A stretch of DNA of 64,000 nt from Takakia lepidozioides (taxonomy: Eukaryota; Plantae; Bryophyta). Below the pieces are notes generated by a model, which saw only the letters and a list, made by a program, of their open reading frames with translations, had not been told where the DNA came from and ran no database searches. The stretch covers positions 36,952,001 through 37,016,000 of the forward strand of contig CM060734.1 of NCBI GenBank assembly GCA_030704615.1. The letters run 5' to 3'. Both the position numbers and the translations under genes were made by a program. Shown one piece after another: positions 1 through 14,149 of the stretch (positions are counted from its first letter, which is position 1; each line of letters begins with the position of its first letter).

Positions 1-641
1 CATCCCGTTACTACCTAGTATATGTACAGCAATGGATCAGGGCTAATTTTGACTATGACTGGTCCAACTCTCAAGTGTCACAAGACACATCTGTCTGCAA
101 AAAGCATTCAGAAAAATGGCATCTGGTGAGAAAAGACTAGAGCTATTACACTCTGTTGATGCTCCTTGGTACCAAGACCGCAGCTTCATTCTGCAAGTCA
201 TGTCCATGTTAGAAAGTAAGCAAGAGCTGCTACTCCATCTTCACCATTACCTTTAACCTACAGTTCCATATCAGTAGTTTCTCATGACCATTGATCCAGT
301 GCTGTCAAGATGGTAGCACTGGCTCGTCTCATCTGGAATGCAACAGTTCAGTAACAAGCCTACATCAAAAAGCTCTGCATTACTCCACATGTGTTCCCCC
401 AACTGCCAGGTAGGCAGATCAAAAACGGAACGAAATTTTCCGCTGGGTTGATGTGCAACAGTTAAGCATGAAGGATTTGAAACATCTGCATTGCATTTCA
501 TTCCTCCTTCAAGACACCTAAAGATGTTTTTACCCAAAAACCTCCATGAAAGGTATCGCGTATGAATCATGCAACAATGTGCACCACAAAATGCTGTCCT
601 TGAGGGGAAGAGATTCCGCACAATGTGGTTGCAAGAAGAGA

Positions 642-3600
642 TCAAACAGGTATCCCATCGACCTTCGAAACTTCCTCACACCGGAGAATGATGCCTTCCA
701 TGCTGGCTGGCAGAAGGAACTTGCTCCACTGGCAGCCTGTCGTCACAGGTGAAGGCGGAGGGACAATCATCAGCACGTTTTCGTGCCGTTGTACCACCCC
801 CATCACTGTCACTGTGCTCCCTTCTTTCACATAACTGCCAACATATACCAACTTTTCCGATCAGATCCTCCTCATCAGGAAGACTCCAATTCACTGGATT
901 AACATGCATTGCAAAAACTTTCAAGGGCATATTCCAACGATGAATGGAAGGGAAAACAAAGAAAGGAAGCTACTACAGCCCTACATACAGGCAGAGAAAA
1001 AATGGGGAGTGCACACCCACCTTTGCACACCCAAGTCTGTCTGTGGGGAGCTTGTGAATGATGTACTCGCTATCATACTATGGCCAACACTAGGGTCAAG
1101 ACTGTAACATCTACAAACATCTTTTGTTACAAGATTCTTATTTCTCACTGGAGAGCATAAAAACTTCCCTCAGAGAAAGCACTGCACAAATTGTTTGAGG
1201 GAAGCCACAAGTACTAAGGAAAATCCAAGTTCAAGGTGCAGTACCCCTCACTGTTCTACCATGTTATGCAAAAATACGCCCAAATATGTTATAAATGCCC
1301 AAACTAGCTTAAATTCCTCCTGCTGCATGAGGAGAGCATCAAAGTCCTTACCCTTCCTTAAGTTGCACTACTCGGTCATCAGCAGAGAGGTTTCGCTCTG
1401 TCAACCAACGAATGAACTCTGACGGCAACTCCTTGTTCTTTGGATTGACATCCAAGACTGCACTCTCCGGTACATAGGCGCTCACCCGGGCTCCATAGCC
1501 GGCTTTGACCAAAGCTCTAAGACCACTCTGAAGATCTGAAATGTAGAAGTCCACGACATATCTCTGCAGGAATGACGACAAGTTAGTATGCAGAGGCAGA
1601 TTCTACATAAATTGCAGGGAGAAGCTGAAAGAGTAAGAGAGCAGAACAAGAGATACTGAGATGAGACGGAAGTAAGAGAAAGTAACAATTAGCGGAAGAA
1701 CAAGGAATCAAACTCATCAATCCCTTTCCTTAGGCAAAATTCATAGGCCAGTCACAGCTACAAGCCAACACGAGTGACCAGAGCATGTGCAACTTGTACT
1801 GCAGAGCAACTTCCACAACTGTTGCTTGAGTGAACAAAAAAGCAAACATATATTGCTGAGGTTGAAATGGATCGCTCTACTCTGCTCGTCCTCTTGAGAA
1901 AATATATGATGTGGTTCCTGCCCTATCCAGTTTTATTGCAAACAGATGAAAGACGGAAAAGAAGCCGCCATCTGCAATCCAGATTTAATGCCATGCTCAC
2001 CTCCATATGTCGCAAACCCCAAGTGAAACGGCGGTGCTTCTGACCAGCTGGTTTGGAGAAAAACTTTCGGTACTCATACATGCCAGTGGATGTGTAGATA
2101 CAACGATTCACCTTCTGATACGATGACTCCAGAGGTACACTCCCACAAGTCACCACCTGCCATGACCATCCCTTATGCCATGTTATCATCATAATCCCTT
2201 TTTCCTGCCCTCCTTCCCAGTGTACTCTGCATACTGTGTGACTTATGGCAAAAAGTCGCACTGATGCCCTAACTAAGCAGAGATACTTTATCGACTATGA
2301 TTAGCTAGCTGTTACAGCTTTACATCCTCTAGCAGTCAAGGTGCAGCCCACCACCAAAGTTCTTCCAATACTTCCACACTACTGGTCCTGCAAATCATGT
2401 TTCAAAAGTTCGCCATTGTCTTGTAAGACACCCTACTCCACCAAAAGGCACCTGCACTTTGCTTTGGGCAAAAGAACGACGCCATCCAACTCGATATACA
2501 TTGGTAAGATGTATATTGTGTTAGGAGTGGGACTGTGTATTAGTGTCCTCACATAGCACACCATGACGAAAGGACTAGTAGGACAACTCTACTGGACCGT
2601 CCTGGACCAGTCATGAGGTACCCTGCAAGTTAAATACATGGTGGACAACATCGTTCTGCAAGCACAAGGTGCCAAACTTCCAATGCTGCTGGAGTTTAGC
2701 ACATTTTGAGATACTTTATGGGGCAATACTTCAGTAAAATTCTCAGAAGGAAGTAAACATCAATATCATAATAGACGATTCTGTGAAAAAGATTGGATCT
2801 AGAACATCCCTTCTCTTGAAACTGTAACCCTTATGAATGATTATTCTCAACACAGCCATTTTCAAAATGTAAAGCATGGAGAAATTTTTAGGAAAGGCCT
2901 CCATGCATGACCTCATAATCTATTTGGGATCGTAGAAGCCAGATAGCAGTTGAGGATCCACTTACCCCATACTGCAACAATGGTTTCAAGCGCCAAATAC
3001 TTTCACTTCCAAATGTGTGTCACTTGGACCAGCTATTGCTCTACAAAGATACTCTCAACACCTCCAATCAAAATCAACAGCAGCAGAGCTGGTGCCCACT
3101 ATATGACAACCCGCATGTCTGGTTGACAGAGGTCCCTTTCCTCAATGTCTCAAGGAGCTACAGGGCAGTGAACAGGACTCAAGCGTCGACGACTCCTCAC
3201 TGCAGGATCACCCGGCGTCCACTATAATTGAGATATTCTGTAACACTGCTCTTGAGGGTGGAACATAAGGGAGAGGAAACTTACCCCAGTCACCTTCACA
3301 TACTGGCCATCCTTGGCGGCACCCAGCTCAGAGGTCGGAAATTTGGCCAAATAACCTGTGATCGATCGCTTCCCCCAACACGAGTTCCATAGCAGAGTCA
3401 GGACAACCAACCCACAGAGGCTTGAGACGACAATCAGTAGTATCGGATTCTTAACTGCTGCAATGATGAAAGCTCCGGCGGCGAGTCCCGTGGCGAATAC
3501 TGGAATAAGCGTCCATAGAATCACTTTGGGGAAGTTCCTCCTGAACGAGTACTCCTGATCATGACTCAGATTACTGACGCCTTGGGTGTTGGCACCAGTC

Positions 3601-4283
3601 CCACTGGGTAACTTGATTGGTGCAGCGCCCATGTCGAGTGGCCCCGACACCACAGCTTTCCTCGGTGCACCAATGGAAGAAAGCGGGCCTGAAGTGATGG
3701 GGCCCGATGTGATGAGACCAGTGGCAGGGAGAACCGGTGCCTGAGGACCCGAAGTCTTGAGCGGATTGGAGGTTGGCAAAGGCCCTGACGTCTTGAGGGC
3801 TGCTCCTCCTGGATGATCCCCACTACGTGAGAGGGGACCTGACTTGGAGCTCTGCCGAGCGGGTACCCCACTGAGGGGCCCAGAATGCGACCCTGTTGTT
3901 GTTCTTGACTGCTGCCAAGGCATTCCTGCTGAGGTCAATGGCCCCGATGCAGAAAACGCTGAGCGTGGCGCGCCGCTAGATGGAAGCGAACCAGAGACAG
4001 ATGCCGACGCTCCTGAGCTGCTTCCTTTCAAAGACGTGGTGCGCGTCAGACCTGCTTTCTTTGCTTTGTTACCTGAACTCTCAACTGGTATATCAAACAT
4101 CTTACCCAGCTCCCCAGATTTTTTGATATCACCCCCTGTATAAGGCATCTGAGACACACCTATAGTCGTCCCCTTGTCTCTGTACTGATCTCGGTGACCC
4201 GACACATATAGTCCATTGCTCAGCTGATGTGACGGAAACCGTGTAGCCGCTATCCCTGACAGATTATTGTTCGGAGCCCCCAT
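642..4283 (-). CDS. SHOU4/SHOU4L-like (At1g78880/At1g16860 family) membrane protein; exons 4283-3285, 2156-2001, 1563-1352, 834-642
   Basis: FPSHQLSNGLYVSG, MPYTGGDIKKSGELGKMFDIP, repeated SGPL motifs, two TM segments, GQYVKVTGVVTCGSVPLESS, VVDFYISD.QSGLRALVK.GYG, C-terminal D.IPV; GT-AG introns with consistent phases join four ORF pieces. Confidence 0.9.
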
Positions 4284-7200
4284 GGCCCCCAACTGTGAAT
4301 CAAAACTCTTATCGAAATACCTGTCCGACCAAAATGGATGCAAGAAGATGCTTATCTCCGAATGCCAATGTAGCACAGCACGGGCAAGCTCGCATTGCTC
4401 AGCCACACCACACCTACAACTAGTTCCCACACTACACTACACTCCCTCCATCCTATTCACTTACACTTTGCAGCCAGCGGGAGATCACCCAATGTACCAC
4501 ATACAAGAACAACACTACTCATCCCGTTGCGGCTTGTTAAGGCATTGTCACGCCCCCACCGCAATGTGACACCGCCTCACACCTCTCTCGGCAAACTTCT
4601 TGCTAACTTGGAGTAGAAGCACCACCATGCAGACATGACCCAGACCAGCAACAGCGGAATTGACCTAGGATCTCGGCCATTACGAGACCGACCCATCGCT
4701 GACATTGAACTAGAACCTGGCCTCGCAGCTTCCCAAGCCCAAAGCCAGCAACCAGCACAGCTCTCCTCTAGAGAAGAGAGCGGCGTAGAGCAGCAGCGCT
4801 GCCCCGGCTGTGTGGGCCAGCGCCCTCTTGGTGCAGCGACAGCAGGGCAGGTAGGGTCGCAGTACAGGGCCTGATTAGGGGCCCCGCCAGCACACCCCCA
4901 TCATTATGCCTCTCTCTCTCTCTCTCTCCCGCTGCTGCCCCCTCCCTCTTCTACTCTCCCTCTTCAGTCCCTGCTCCCTCCCTCTCTCCCTCCCTTATTC
5001 AGTCCCTGACTCCCTCTCTTTTCCTTTCTGTTTTTTTTTCCCGGTCATTCCCTCCCTCTCTCCCTCCCTTGGCAGTCCCTGACTCCCTATCTTTTCCTTT
5101 CTTTTTTTTTTCCCTGTCATTCCCTCCCTCTCTTCTCCAACATCAATTCCCACTTCTTACAATTCCTTGCATCCCGCCACTCAGACTTCAGACCCACGCT
5201 CCTCTCGTAGGTATTTATTCCCCTTCACAATTTTGATACTGTAACCCAATCAATTTTTATATTTTAGTTTTTTATTAGGCTGGCCAATGGGAAAAAAAAA
5301 AATCCCCTTAGAACAGGGGAGAGTGACCCTGGACAGATAGTGGGAAAAATAACCACCAAAGAGCCATGAAGGCAAGTTAGTACGGATGGGGAAACTCCCA
5401 GGTCCAAGGAAATCAAAAGGGGCTGGACTCAAATGCCTCATTTAAAGAATGTCATGAAATAATTAGCCTTCAATGGTTATTCGGTTTAATTTTGTTTTGA
5501 AGAACAGGGAAGGAAGCCGCCCCCAGAGAAGGTTCACAAGAGGAAAAATAAATCTCAAGGGGGCCATGGAGGCGCAAATTCTTTATAAATCCCAAAGTAC
5601 CTTAGATAGTGGGTTGACCAATCCAAAACATTTGAAGGGTTTGAATTCATTGACAGAACTAACCATTCCAAACCTTGGTTTTTTTCTCCTTTTTGCCGAA
5701 CCTGAAGGAAAAAAAAAAAAACAGTTGTGATTTTGCCTTGCCCCAAACAGTTGTAAATTGTGCATCACTGTGTATCACCATCCAAAATGTGTATTAGTAA
5801 AGTTGTAAGAGCGGAATTTCTACAACATAAGGGGATGACCAACTCCTGTTCACATGCTTGTTTTTACTGGAAAAAAGGAGAATGAGTGTCCATGGATGTC
5901 ACAGAAGAGGGGGGCTGAGTTCATGCCGGTAAGCCCAAATTAAGCCCGTCTTGTTCTTTTCAGACATTTTTAGCAAAACTTAGATTGGAAGCAGTTGAAC
6001 CAGATTGCAGACATGTTGGTAGTTGTAGACCTTCAGGAGGTTTGTTTTGTTTTGTTCCTGGCCAGAAAACAGATTGTTATGCTCTGACAAACAGAATCAA
6101 ACATGCATGATAGCAGGTAAGGTTTACCCTGGGGGAGGGCTTTCTTGTTTTCTGTTAAGAAGGATTGCATGTACTTAGTACTTAGTACTTACTAACCTTC
6201 AACAATTGGTCACTGGGGGGTGCTTGTGGAAGTGATTATCTTTATGAAGGTTATTCTTTGTCAACCGTTTGTTTTTATCTAAGAGAAAATTTGTTCTCCC
6301 AAACTGATGTGTTGATTTAACTGGCATGTCAAACTAGTTTGGAGAGATTTGGCAGTCATTACCTTCATGAAGGTTTTTCTTCTAGCAATTCTTAGAATGT
6401 TTGTGTGAAAGTTGAGTGTTGGGATTAACCTTGTATCTACTATGAATGTCGGATACAATGTTTTCCTATGACCTAGAAACTGTAAGTTTATCTCCGGAAC
6501 AAAACTGCTGGTAGTTTTTAGGTTTGCCAGAAAATACTGTAAACCCAGAAGTCATAACGTTGACCAAGGAGAGCTGATGGAAGCTTGTCTTCCAGCTGCA
6601 TGACTCAGGTCATTATATCACATGGAAAGGCAACGTTGCCAGGTAGCATCTGGATGTAATTTGGGCCCAACACGAATCTAGACCTTCTATAGGCTCTATG
6701 GGTGTTTTTTCTTTCTTTTATCTTTTTTAAGGGAAACCTGGGAGTGACAGCCCACAATCCAGGCCCTTGAGGAGGGGGAAATAAATGGGCCATGGAGGCA
6801 CACGGTTTTTAAGTACGTAAAGAGGCTGAAGAAGCCCACGAAGAGAAATGAAAGAAGATTCCCCGACTGCATATTACACCACAAAAACTCCGGGCGAACT
6901 AGTTAGTCCCCAAACATAACCCATTTTTATCGGTTACTATGTCGGCAGGAATTCAACTTCCCAAGGAACCTACAAAAACCTCAAGTGCAAATTGGCTCTA
7001 TGGGTTTCGTAAAGAGCCTGAAGAAACCGACAAAGAGAAAAAAAAAATTTGAAAGAAGATTCGACGGTTCCCATGACAGCAAGTAACCTCGACTACATAT
7101 TACATAGAAAAACCTCCAGGCCAATTTTTCTTTTTCTTGACTCCTCCCCAAAGAAGCGCAAAATATGGTGTCTCTTGACCCCAAAGAGCTACTGCCTTCC

Positions 7201-8096
7201 GGCCTAACTCCAGGCCAACTATGTAGTCCCCCAAATATGAATTCAGTGTCCCAATGAACTTACAAAAACCTCAAGTGCGAAAATGGAGCTTCAAAGAATG
7301 ATGTTGTTAAGTTAGAAGAATCTTGGCCTCACAACTCAGTTAGTAGACATGTAATTTGCATCCATTTTAGCTTCAATTTGTGAATGAAATGTCACCCTCA
7401 TGTCCCAAGTTCCTCAGTGGAACACAACCTAGGGTTTCCCCAAAACAATTGGAGTTCAAGCACAGAAGGAATAGGTAATCAGACTCAAAGTCATGGTCCA
7501 GGAAGTATGAAGTTAGTAGGTACTGTGTGCACAAGTTGTTAGAGAAGTCCTCTTTGTTGTGTGGTATGGAGACAATTCAGGGCTGTCTTGTTTCTCTTGA
7601 TGCCCTGTTTGAAAAGGAGGTAGTTCACATGCAACTTTACAAATGTAAAGTCGTGGCATGACTCCCTGTGGTATCACTTTTTATCCGGGATATCTGTGTG
7701 CAAGATGGGTTGAAAGCTTTTTCCAGGTAGAATCCACACCCTAGTACATGTGCCCATCACAGGGGACGACAAAAATCATTGCCCTTTTTCTTTGGGATTG
7801 TGAGGACAACTTGATCGTCTGGCCCCCATATCTATCATCAACTCATCAAAAGAAGTTGGGCATTTGCCCCAGGATAGAAAGCAAAAGCAAATGTTCAGTG
7901 TTGCAAAGGCTACAAACCTTGGCTTGTTGTGAATGAGCACCCACGTTGATAAGGGGCTCCTGTCTCCTCACACTCAATGTAGCCTCTCTCTCTATGTGGC
8001 TGGACATAAGCCGCTTCTGGGAGTGGTGAAGGTCGAGCCATAAGGGGCACTTTGCTGTGGCTATGCAGATTTAAGACAGAGACAAGGAAGTAGAGG

Positions 8097-11000
8097 ATGG
8101 TGAAGGTAGATTGCGGAGGTAGAGTGGGGTTTGTGGAGTCGCAATGCACCCCTGCTTCGTTCGTCTCCGGGCCTGCAAGGATAACCAGCGTTCGAGTCAG
8201 GAGCACTCTCAGAAACCAAAGCTCCAGGCCGAGACCTGGTCTGCTGTCCAGTGGGTTCTGCCCTTCTCCAACTTTAGTATTGCCAAGCAGGCCACAGCAA
8301 GAGTGCATCACCACGCGCTGCCAGTGGGGCAGAGGGGGAAAGTGTGGGGCACTGGCAGTGGCTTCAGCTTATCCACCTATTGCCAAGACTGAGAGGACAT
8401 TTCGGCTGCCCATCGACTACTATCAGGTGGGTCCATCTGATATCATCTTGTTCGGCTACCGCCAGACTGGTTGCATGTGCCATTTGAAAGAAGTCCAATG
8501 CAGAGGGTACGTTTCGCTGAATCAGAGTTTTTTGAAGATCCTATTTTCCAACCTGCTCCCTGGATTTGATTCTTTCATTTGCCTATTTTTCCCGCTCACT
8601 TCGAGGAACCCAACATTTGGCCTTTCCAACGCGTCAGCAAGCCCTTTAGATGCACAGCATCCATGTTCCTGCCCCACTGCGGGTGGCCATGTTGCTGGCA
8701 CGATTTTGACTCAAGCGCTGTCTGTGCATGGTCCCTCCCACATCACAAGTTGTTCGCATTGTGCTAAACATGTCCTTTGTAGAGTTCTTGCACCTGATAA
8801 ACTTACATGTAAACTAGGACTCTTGGCCCTATTTGGACGAGACCTTGGTGATCTTCAGGTCGGCCACCTTGGGCTTGTTCTGCAGAGCCTACTGTGGTCG
8901 CCTTGAAGGATGGCTGAAGTAAGTCTTGTATCTACTTGTGTGTTAAAATTTGGGAACCGAAATTTTCCTCTTTACAGTGTAAAATCTTGTGTTTTTCTTC
9001 TTATTGTATCCCTAACAGGTGCGGTGATGCACAGTAGATGCAGAAGAGTATGCATACTACACAGCCCTCCAGTTTTTGGGACTGCAAATCCAACTTTGGT
9101 ATGGTCACTTTTGATTGTTGGGAAAGTCCACTTGACCAATGAGTTGGATTGTGTGAAGCAATGGTCGTGGGTACTTTACAATTAGACCGCTCCCGCAGAA
9201 GTGCCGTTCGTAGAGCTGTGCTGCAGTGCAGCATGATGTAAGCTAAGGTGCACTGGTGGGGCAGGTATTAGGAGCAGAGACACACAATTTGGCAGACGCA
9301 ATTGTACGGGCATTTGAGGCACGAGTGAGCAGCCCTCCCAGAGAAGGGTTCAGTCAGCAGGCGCTGCTTGCACGTCTGGAAATTCTGAGAGGAGCACGTG
9401 ATACCTTGAGTGATCCAGACTTGCGTGGTGAATACAACCAAGGCCTTCTAGATGATGAAGCAGGGACACTGGTCCTGGAGGTTCCCTGGACTAAGGTAAA
9501 CAGATAGATTCTCTTTTCTTCTCTTGCAGTAGAATGGATCATAGATAGATTCTCTTTTCTTCTCTTGCAGTAGAATGGATCATACTGTGTAACTATCTTT
9601 GCTGATGTTATCTACCTGTTACAACAGCTTCCTGTTGGTTCAGTCTTGTCATATCTGGGTGTAACAGACTGTATGAAGTGTGTCGCATTTAATGAGGAGT
9701 GCTAGCTTGTGTTAGACCCGAAGATAAGTATACTCTTCAAAGCCAAAGGTTTGCCATCAAGGATTCAGTCAGTAGTCCACAGTGAGGAATTGTCAGAGCA
9801 GATTACATGGTGAAGAGTAAGAGAACAGGGGCAGGGGGACTTTATGGGCAGGTTGGGGGAGCGCTGTGTTTACTGCACGAGGTGGGGGAAGTAGAGGTGG
9901 TGTTGCAGGCTGGGCAGGCCCTGCTAGGGCAACAGCAGGACCTACCAAAAACGTTGCACCGTGATGTAGTGCTGGCCATGGGGCTTTCATACGTGGAGTT
10001 ATCCCGAGAAGCCATGGCTGAGACACCTCCAGCTGTTGTGAAGAGCTGTTCTCATCTCGAGAGTGCCTTGAAGTTGCTCCAGGTACACATGTTCCGGCGA
10101 ATTTGCCAGCTTTTGGTAAGCTGGCTTGATGATGGAATTGGAGTAGGGGTGGTCAGGAGCTATCCACAATCCTATTTCCACTAGTGCTGTTTCAGCTAAT
10201 TCACCCAATTTCAGCTGGCAAGCAATAGGTTAGGGATGCAATGTTGCCGTCTTGACGTGTTTCCATTGATAGAGACACTAGTAAATCTTGTCAGTCTACT
10301 GAATGCAGGAGGAGGGGGGTACTAGCTTGGCTTCAGACTTGCAAGAACAGATTGAAGGGACATTAGAGGAGTTGACAGCACGTTGTGTTCTGGAACTCCT
10401 TGCGTTGCCATTGGACAAGGACCATGAAGTGCAGCGCCAACAAGGGCTGCAAGGTGTGCGATCCCTGTTGTGGGGTGTGGATGAAGGAGGTGATCTTGCA
10501 GCTCTGGGAGGCTTCACACATGAGCAATTTATGAAGGAAGCATTTGCACAAATGACTGCATCAGAACAGGTTGTACAACCATGCCCTTCTGGTCACTTCT
10601 CTCTCTTCTTTCTTGGCTAACAAGTATGTGCTGGCCACCTGCCTGACATCCACCAGCTTCTCAGGCAGTCTCTCCTGACATGGCTGGTTGCATGCCTGAG
10701 GAATATATACTTAATGAGGCCTATCGCTCATTGTGGTGGAAGTTCTACAATTGTAGTCGTCAAGGAAGTCTGAGCTAGCCAGGTATGCTGTTGTTTTTCA
10801 CGTATATTATTGCCCATGTTTCCATTAATTGGACTCTCCCTTCTGCAGAACTTTCTCTTCCTTGCCAATTCACTGGAGGCCCAAAGTTGACACCCACAGT
10901 TAATAAGACTTTGGAATGCAGGCCCAATGTCTGGCAAAGATACCTGCTTCAGATCATGGGCAACTTCATTTGTGTTGTTTTGGTTTTTGAGCAGACCAGA

Positions 11001-14000
11001 CTTTCTTCATTGTGCACATGACTAGTTTTTCCCCACGTGTACCTCTCTACTTTACATGCTAACCATTTCTAGGTGTTCTTGATACTACTTGACACGTTCA
11101 TAGTTCATACCTCACAACACATGTTGGCAAAGTTGACATCCAAGCTTACAAGACTTTGCAGGCTTAAAGTCTGGCAAAGAGACCTCCTCCAGATTATTGG
11201 CAACTTCAATTGTGTTTGTGTCAGTGTTTGAGCACACCAGACTTCTTCATTCTGCACATGAGTAGTTTGTCCCCACGTCTACCTCTCTGTTGTGTCTGGA
11301 GATATTGTCCTAACCATTTGTAGTGCTCTTGAAATAGCTTCAGGTCCATGCCTCACCAGACAAGTTTTGACTGACAATTCTTGAATGACTTTCAGCAGTT
11401 CTGTTGTCAATAGTGACTGTGGTTCTATCTGGTGGTTTTTCTCTAGGTGGACTTATTCACAGCGACACCAAGCAACATACCAGCAGAGAGTTCTGAAGTG
11501 TATGCAGTGGCACTTGCGCACGTGGCTGAAGGATTTTCTGGGAAGAGGCCACAGTTGATTCAGGAGGCTGATGCCCTCTTTTTACAGCTGCAGCAAACCA
11601 ATGCTTCTCTCCCAGACAATGAACCCTCCAGCAGAAATCTTGAGTTTGCACTTGAGCGAGGAATGTGTGCACTTCTGTTGGGAGAGGTGGATGCCTGTAG
11701 GTCATGGCTAGGAGTGGAAGACGAGAGCTCACCTCTACGGGATCCTGTAGTGTTGGATTTCATTTATTCACACTCAGAGGAAAGTGGAGAGAGAGATGCT
11801 CTGGCAGGATTGTGCAAGCTCTTAGAGAGCTGGTTGGCTGATGTAGTATTTCCAACGTTCCGGGATACTGAATCACTGCGCGTCTCTCTAGGAGGCTACT
11901 ATGATGATCAAAGTGTGCTCACCTATTTGGAAGGGCTGGAGAAAGGTGGCAGTTCTCCATTAGCAGCTGCTGCAGCCATTGTGCGCATTGGGGCAGGTGC
12001 GGGTGCTGCTTTGGATAGTGTGAAGGCGACGCTTCAAAGGGTGTTTCCACTGGGAAGAGTCAAGGAAACTGTTACATACGCGAATGAGCTACCGAAAAGG
12101 GATTTTTCGCAGTTTGTTTCTCACAAGGGAACTGATGGTGATGCACTGGGTCCTGGTCCAGTGCTGCCTGGTGCAATTGGCTTTTTATCAGAATCTGCAG
12201 GAGATAGCTGGGAACACAGTGACGAGGGTAACAATGGAGCTATGTCAAGTGGGGAGATTGGAAATACAAGGAAACCCTCCGCACGACGGGGTTTGGCACC
12301 AGTACAGATTGCATGCACTGGGGTTGTCTTTGGAGCCCTAGTTGTGGCGGGCCTACGTTTTCTTCCTTTGCATCCCCGCTTCGCTCACCTGTTAAATGTT
12401 CCCACAGCTTCAGTCGCCTCGTCAGGTCCGCTCTCAAAACTCTCCACATGCCAGAATCTAACTGGTACATGTGGGCATCTTTTCTTTCTCTATTGCCCTT
12501 TCTATGCCTTTGCATCCTTTCTGCTTACTCCTCTCTTCCTTCTGTCTCTCTGATTGCTCTGCTCTATCTCAGGGTTGTTACTGCACGTTTATACAGCCAT
12601 TCCTTCATTCCAAACAGCCCTCATCCCGAACGACTTAATTCATACCTGGTGATCCTTCAACAATTCAAGTGGGAAGTGTTCTTTAGAGTTTTCTGCCTAT
12701 TTTCCCAACTACATGGCTGTGAGTGAAACAGAAATAATGCAATAGCGGCGCCAGTGGGGAGTAGGCTGAACACTTTGATGGGGGGTGCATGCACTGAAGG
12801 GGTTGGGAAGAAGGAAGCAGTGAGTGAGGAGGTGCCAAAGATGGATGCCAGGTTGGCGGAATATATGGTTCGTAAGTGGCAAAGTGCTAAAGCACATGCG
12901 CTTGGTGCCACCCATTCTGTGGCGCAGTTGCCTGAGGTACACTTACTCTCCTTAGAACGGATCCACCTTAACCATCCTCTGAAAGCGGCCAATACTAATA
13001 CTGAGGCGTAAGAGGAAGATGCCTTTGCACGCGTTCCCTACCCTGCCACTGGGCCCTCGTCGCTGGCTGGTGGCACAACCTATATTTATGACTTCGAGAT
13101 GGCTGTGCCAAACCTTGTGGACATGCACAAGTTGTTCAATTCTCCAGTAGTCTCACTTGTGAATCTGCATATGTGACTATGGAGGTGCTTACTTTAGTAA
13201 CGATAATGCAGTTCTGCATTACCTCAGAACTAGCTGCCTGTCTTGAGGCTGTAAACAGTCATGCGACCAACCAAATTGACTCAAGTGTGTCGTCTTGGAA
13301 TTGTTGAGTGTTTGGGACCCCGGATGCAAGCACTGTGACTGGAACTTTACCTCTCATGGACATGATGCAGAGCTTGGCAGCATGCGATCTTTCATGTTCT
13401 TGGATGCCTTACAGGGCAACCATATCTCATATTAATTTCCACCCATCACATTTATTTGCTTTTATCCAACGGATGGTCAAAATTGGCTCCTCTTGTTAAC
13501 TTTAAAGGTATTATTGAAGACACCATATGACTCCTGGGACTTTAGCCCACGGATATTCCAGCTTTTACTGGTCAAAAGCTCAAACGACTAGCACATAATA
13601 AGTCTGCCCTACTGAGGATGGTTTTGATCTAACACATTGACATCCACAATCTCCAGCCCTCAGGAGTTGAAAGGTAGGAGCTCAACACAAAACTCATATG
13701 TGAGACTTATTGCTAGTGGGAAATGACTAGTCATCTTAGAAGTATCTGTATAGGCAGTTAAATGGGTAGGGTGGTTCTCATACATGGGCATGTTAATGAA
13801 TCAAGACTTTTATGTGATAATCAACTAATACCTGTCGCTGCATGTGCTGCTGGGATAGGTGTTAGAAGGACAGATGCTCAAAAGCTGGACAGACCGCGTA
13901 AATGACGTAGCTCGACATGGCTGGTTTTGGGAGTACAAACTCGTTGGCCTCAACATTGACAGTGTTATAGTGAGTGACGATGGTCGAAGGGCTATGGTGG

Positions 14001-14149
14001 AGGCCACACTACAAGAAGCCGCACGCCTTTTTGACGGCAAACATCCAGAGCAGGATGACTCCTACCGCAGCACTTACACCACCCGCTATGAGCTTTGCCA
14101 TGGCGACACTGGTTGGCGCATCACTGGGGGCGCTGTCCTGCGTACTTGA
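8097..14149 (+). CDS. ARC6: ARC6 chloroplast division protein (J-like domain, TM, C-terminal DUF4101); exons approx 8097-8426, 9265-9495, 9852-10082, 10309-10569, 11447-12425, 12800-12936, 13859-14149
   Basis: Transit-peptide-like N-terminus, LPIDYYQVLGAETH.LADAI.RAFEARVS.PP..GFS, TASEQVDLFTATPSNIPAES.EVY, GLCKLLE.WL..VVFP.FRDT, PKMDARLAE..VRKWQ..K..ALG, VEATLQEAA, DSY..TYTTRYE; GT-AG boundaries keep frame. The exon 5/6 boundary is the least certain. Confidence 0.93.
9502..9583 (+). repeat. Perfect 41-bp tandem duplication in ARC6 intron 2
   Basis: AGATAGATTCTCTTTTCTTCTCTTGCAGTAGAATGGATCAT occurs twice in tandem. Confidence 0.9.
10882..11340 (+). repeat. Diverged tandem duplication (about 245-bp period) in ARC6 intron 4
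   Basis: CAAAGTTGACA...GTCTGGCAAAGA...GGCAACTTCA.TTGTGTT...CCAGACTT...GCACATGA.TAGTTT...CCCCACGT..ACCTCTCT starts at 10882 and again at 11128. Confidence 0.8.

Noticed and set aside
4284-4430. 49-codon N-terminal extension of the SHOU4-like ORF
   Set aside because: Starts at GTG, family similarity begins after ATG 4283, and an acceptor-like CAG at 4321-4323 suggests a 5' UTR intron.
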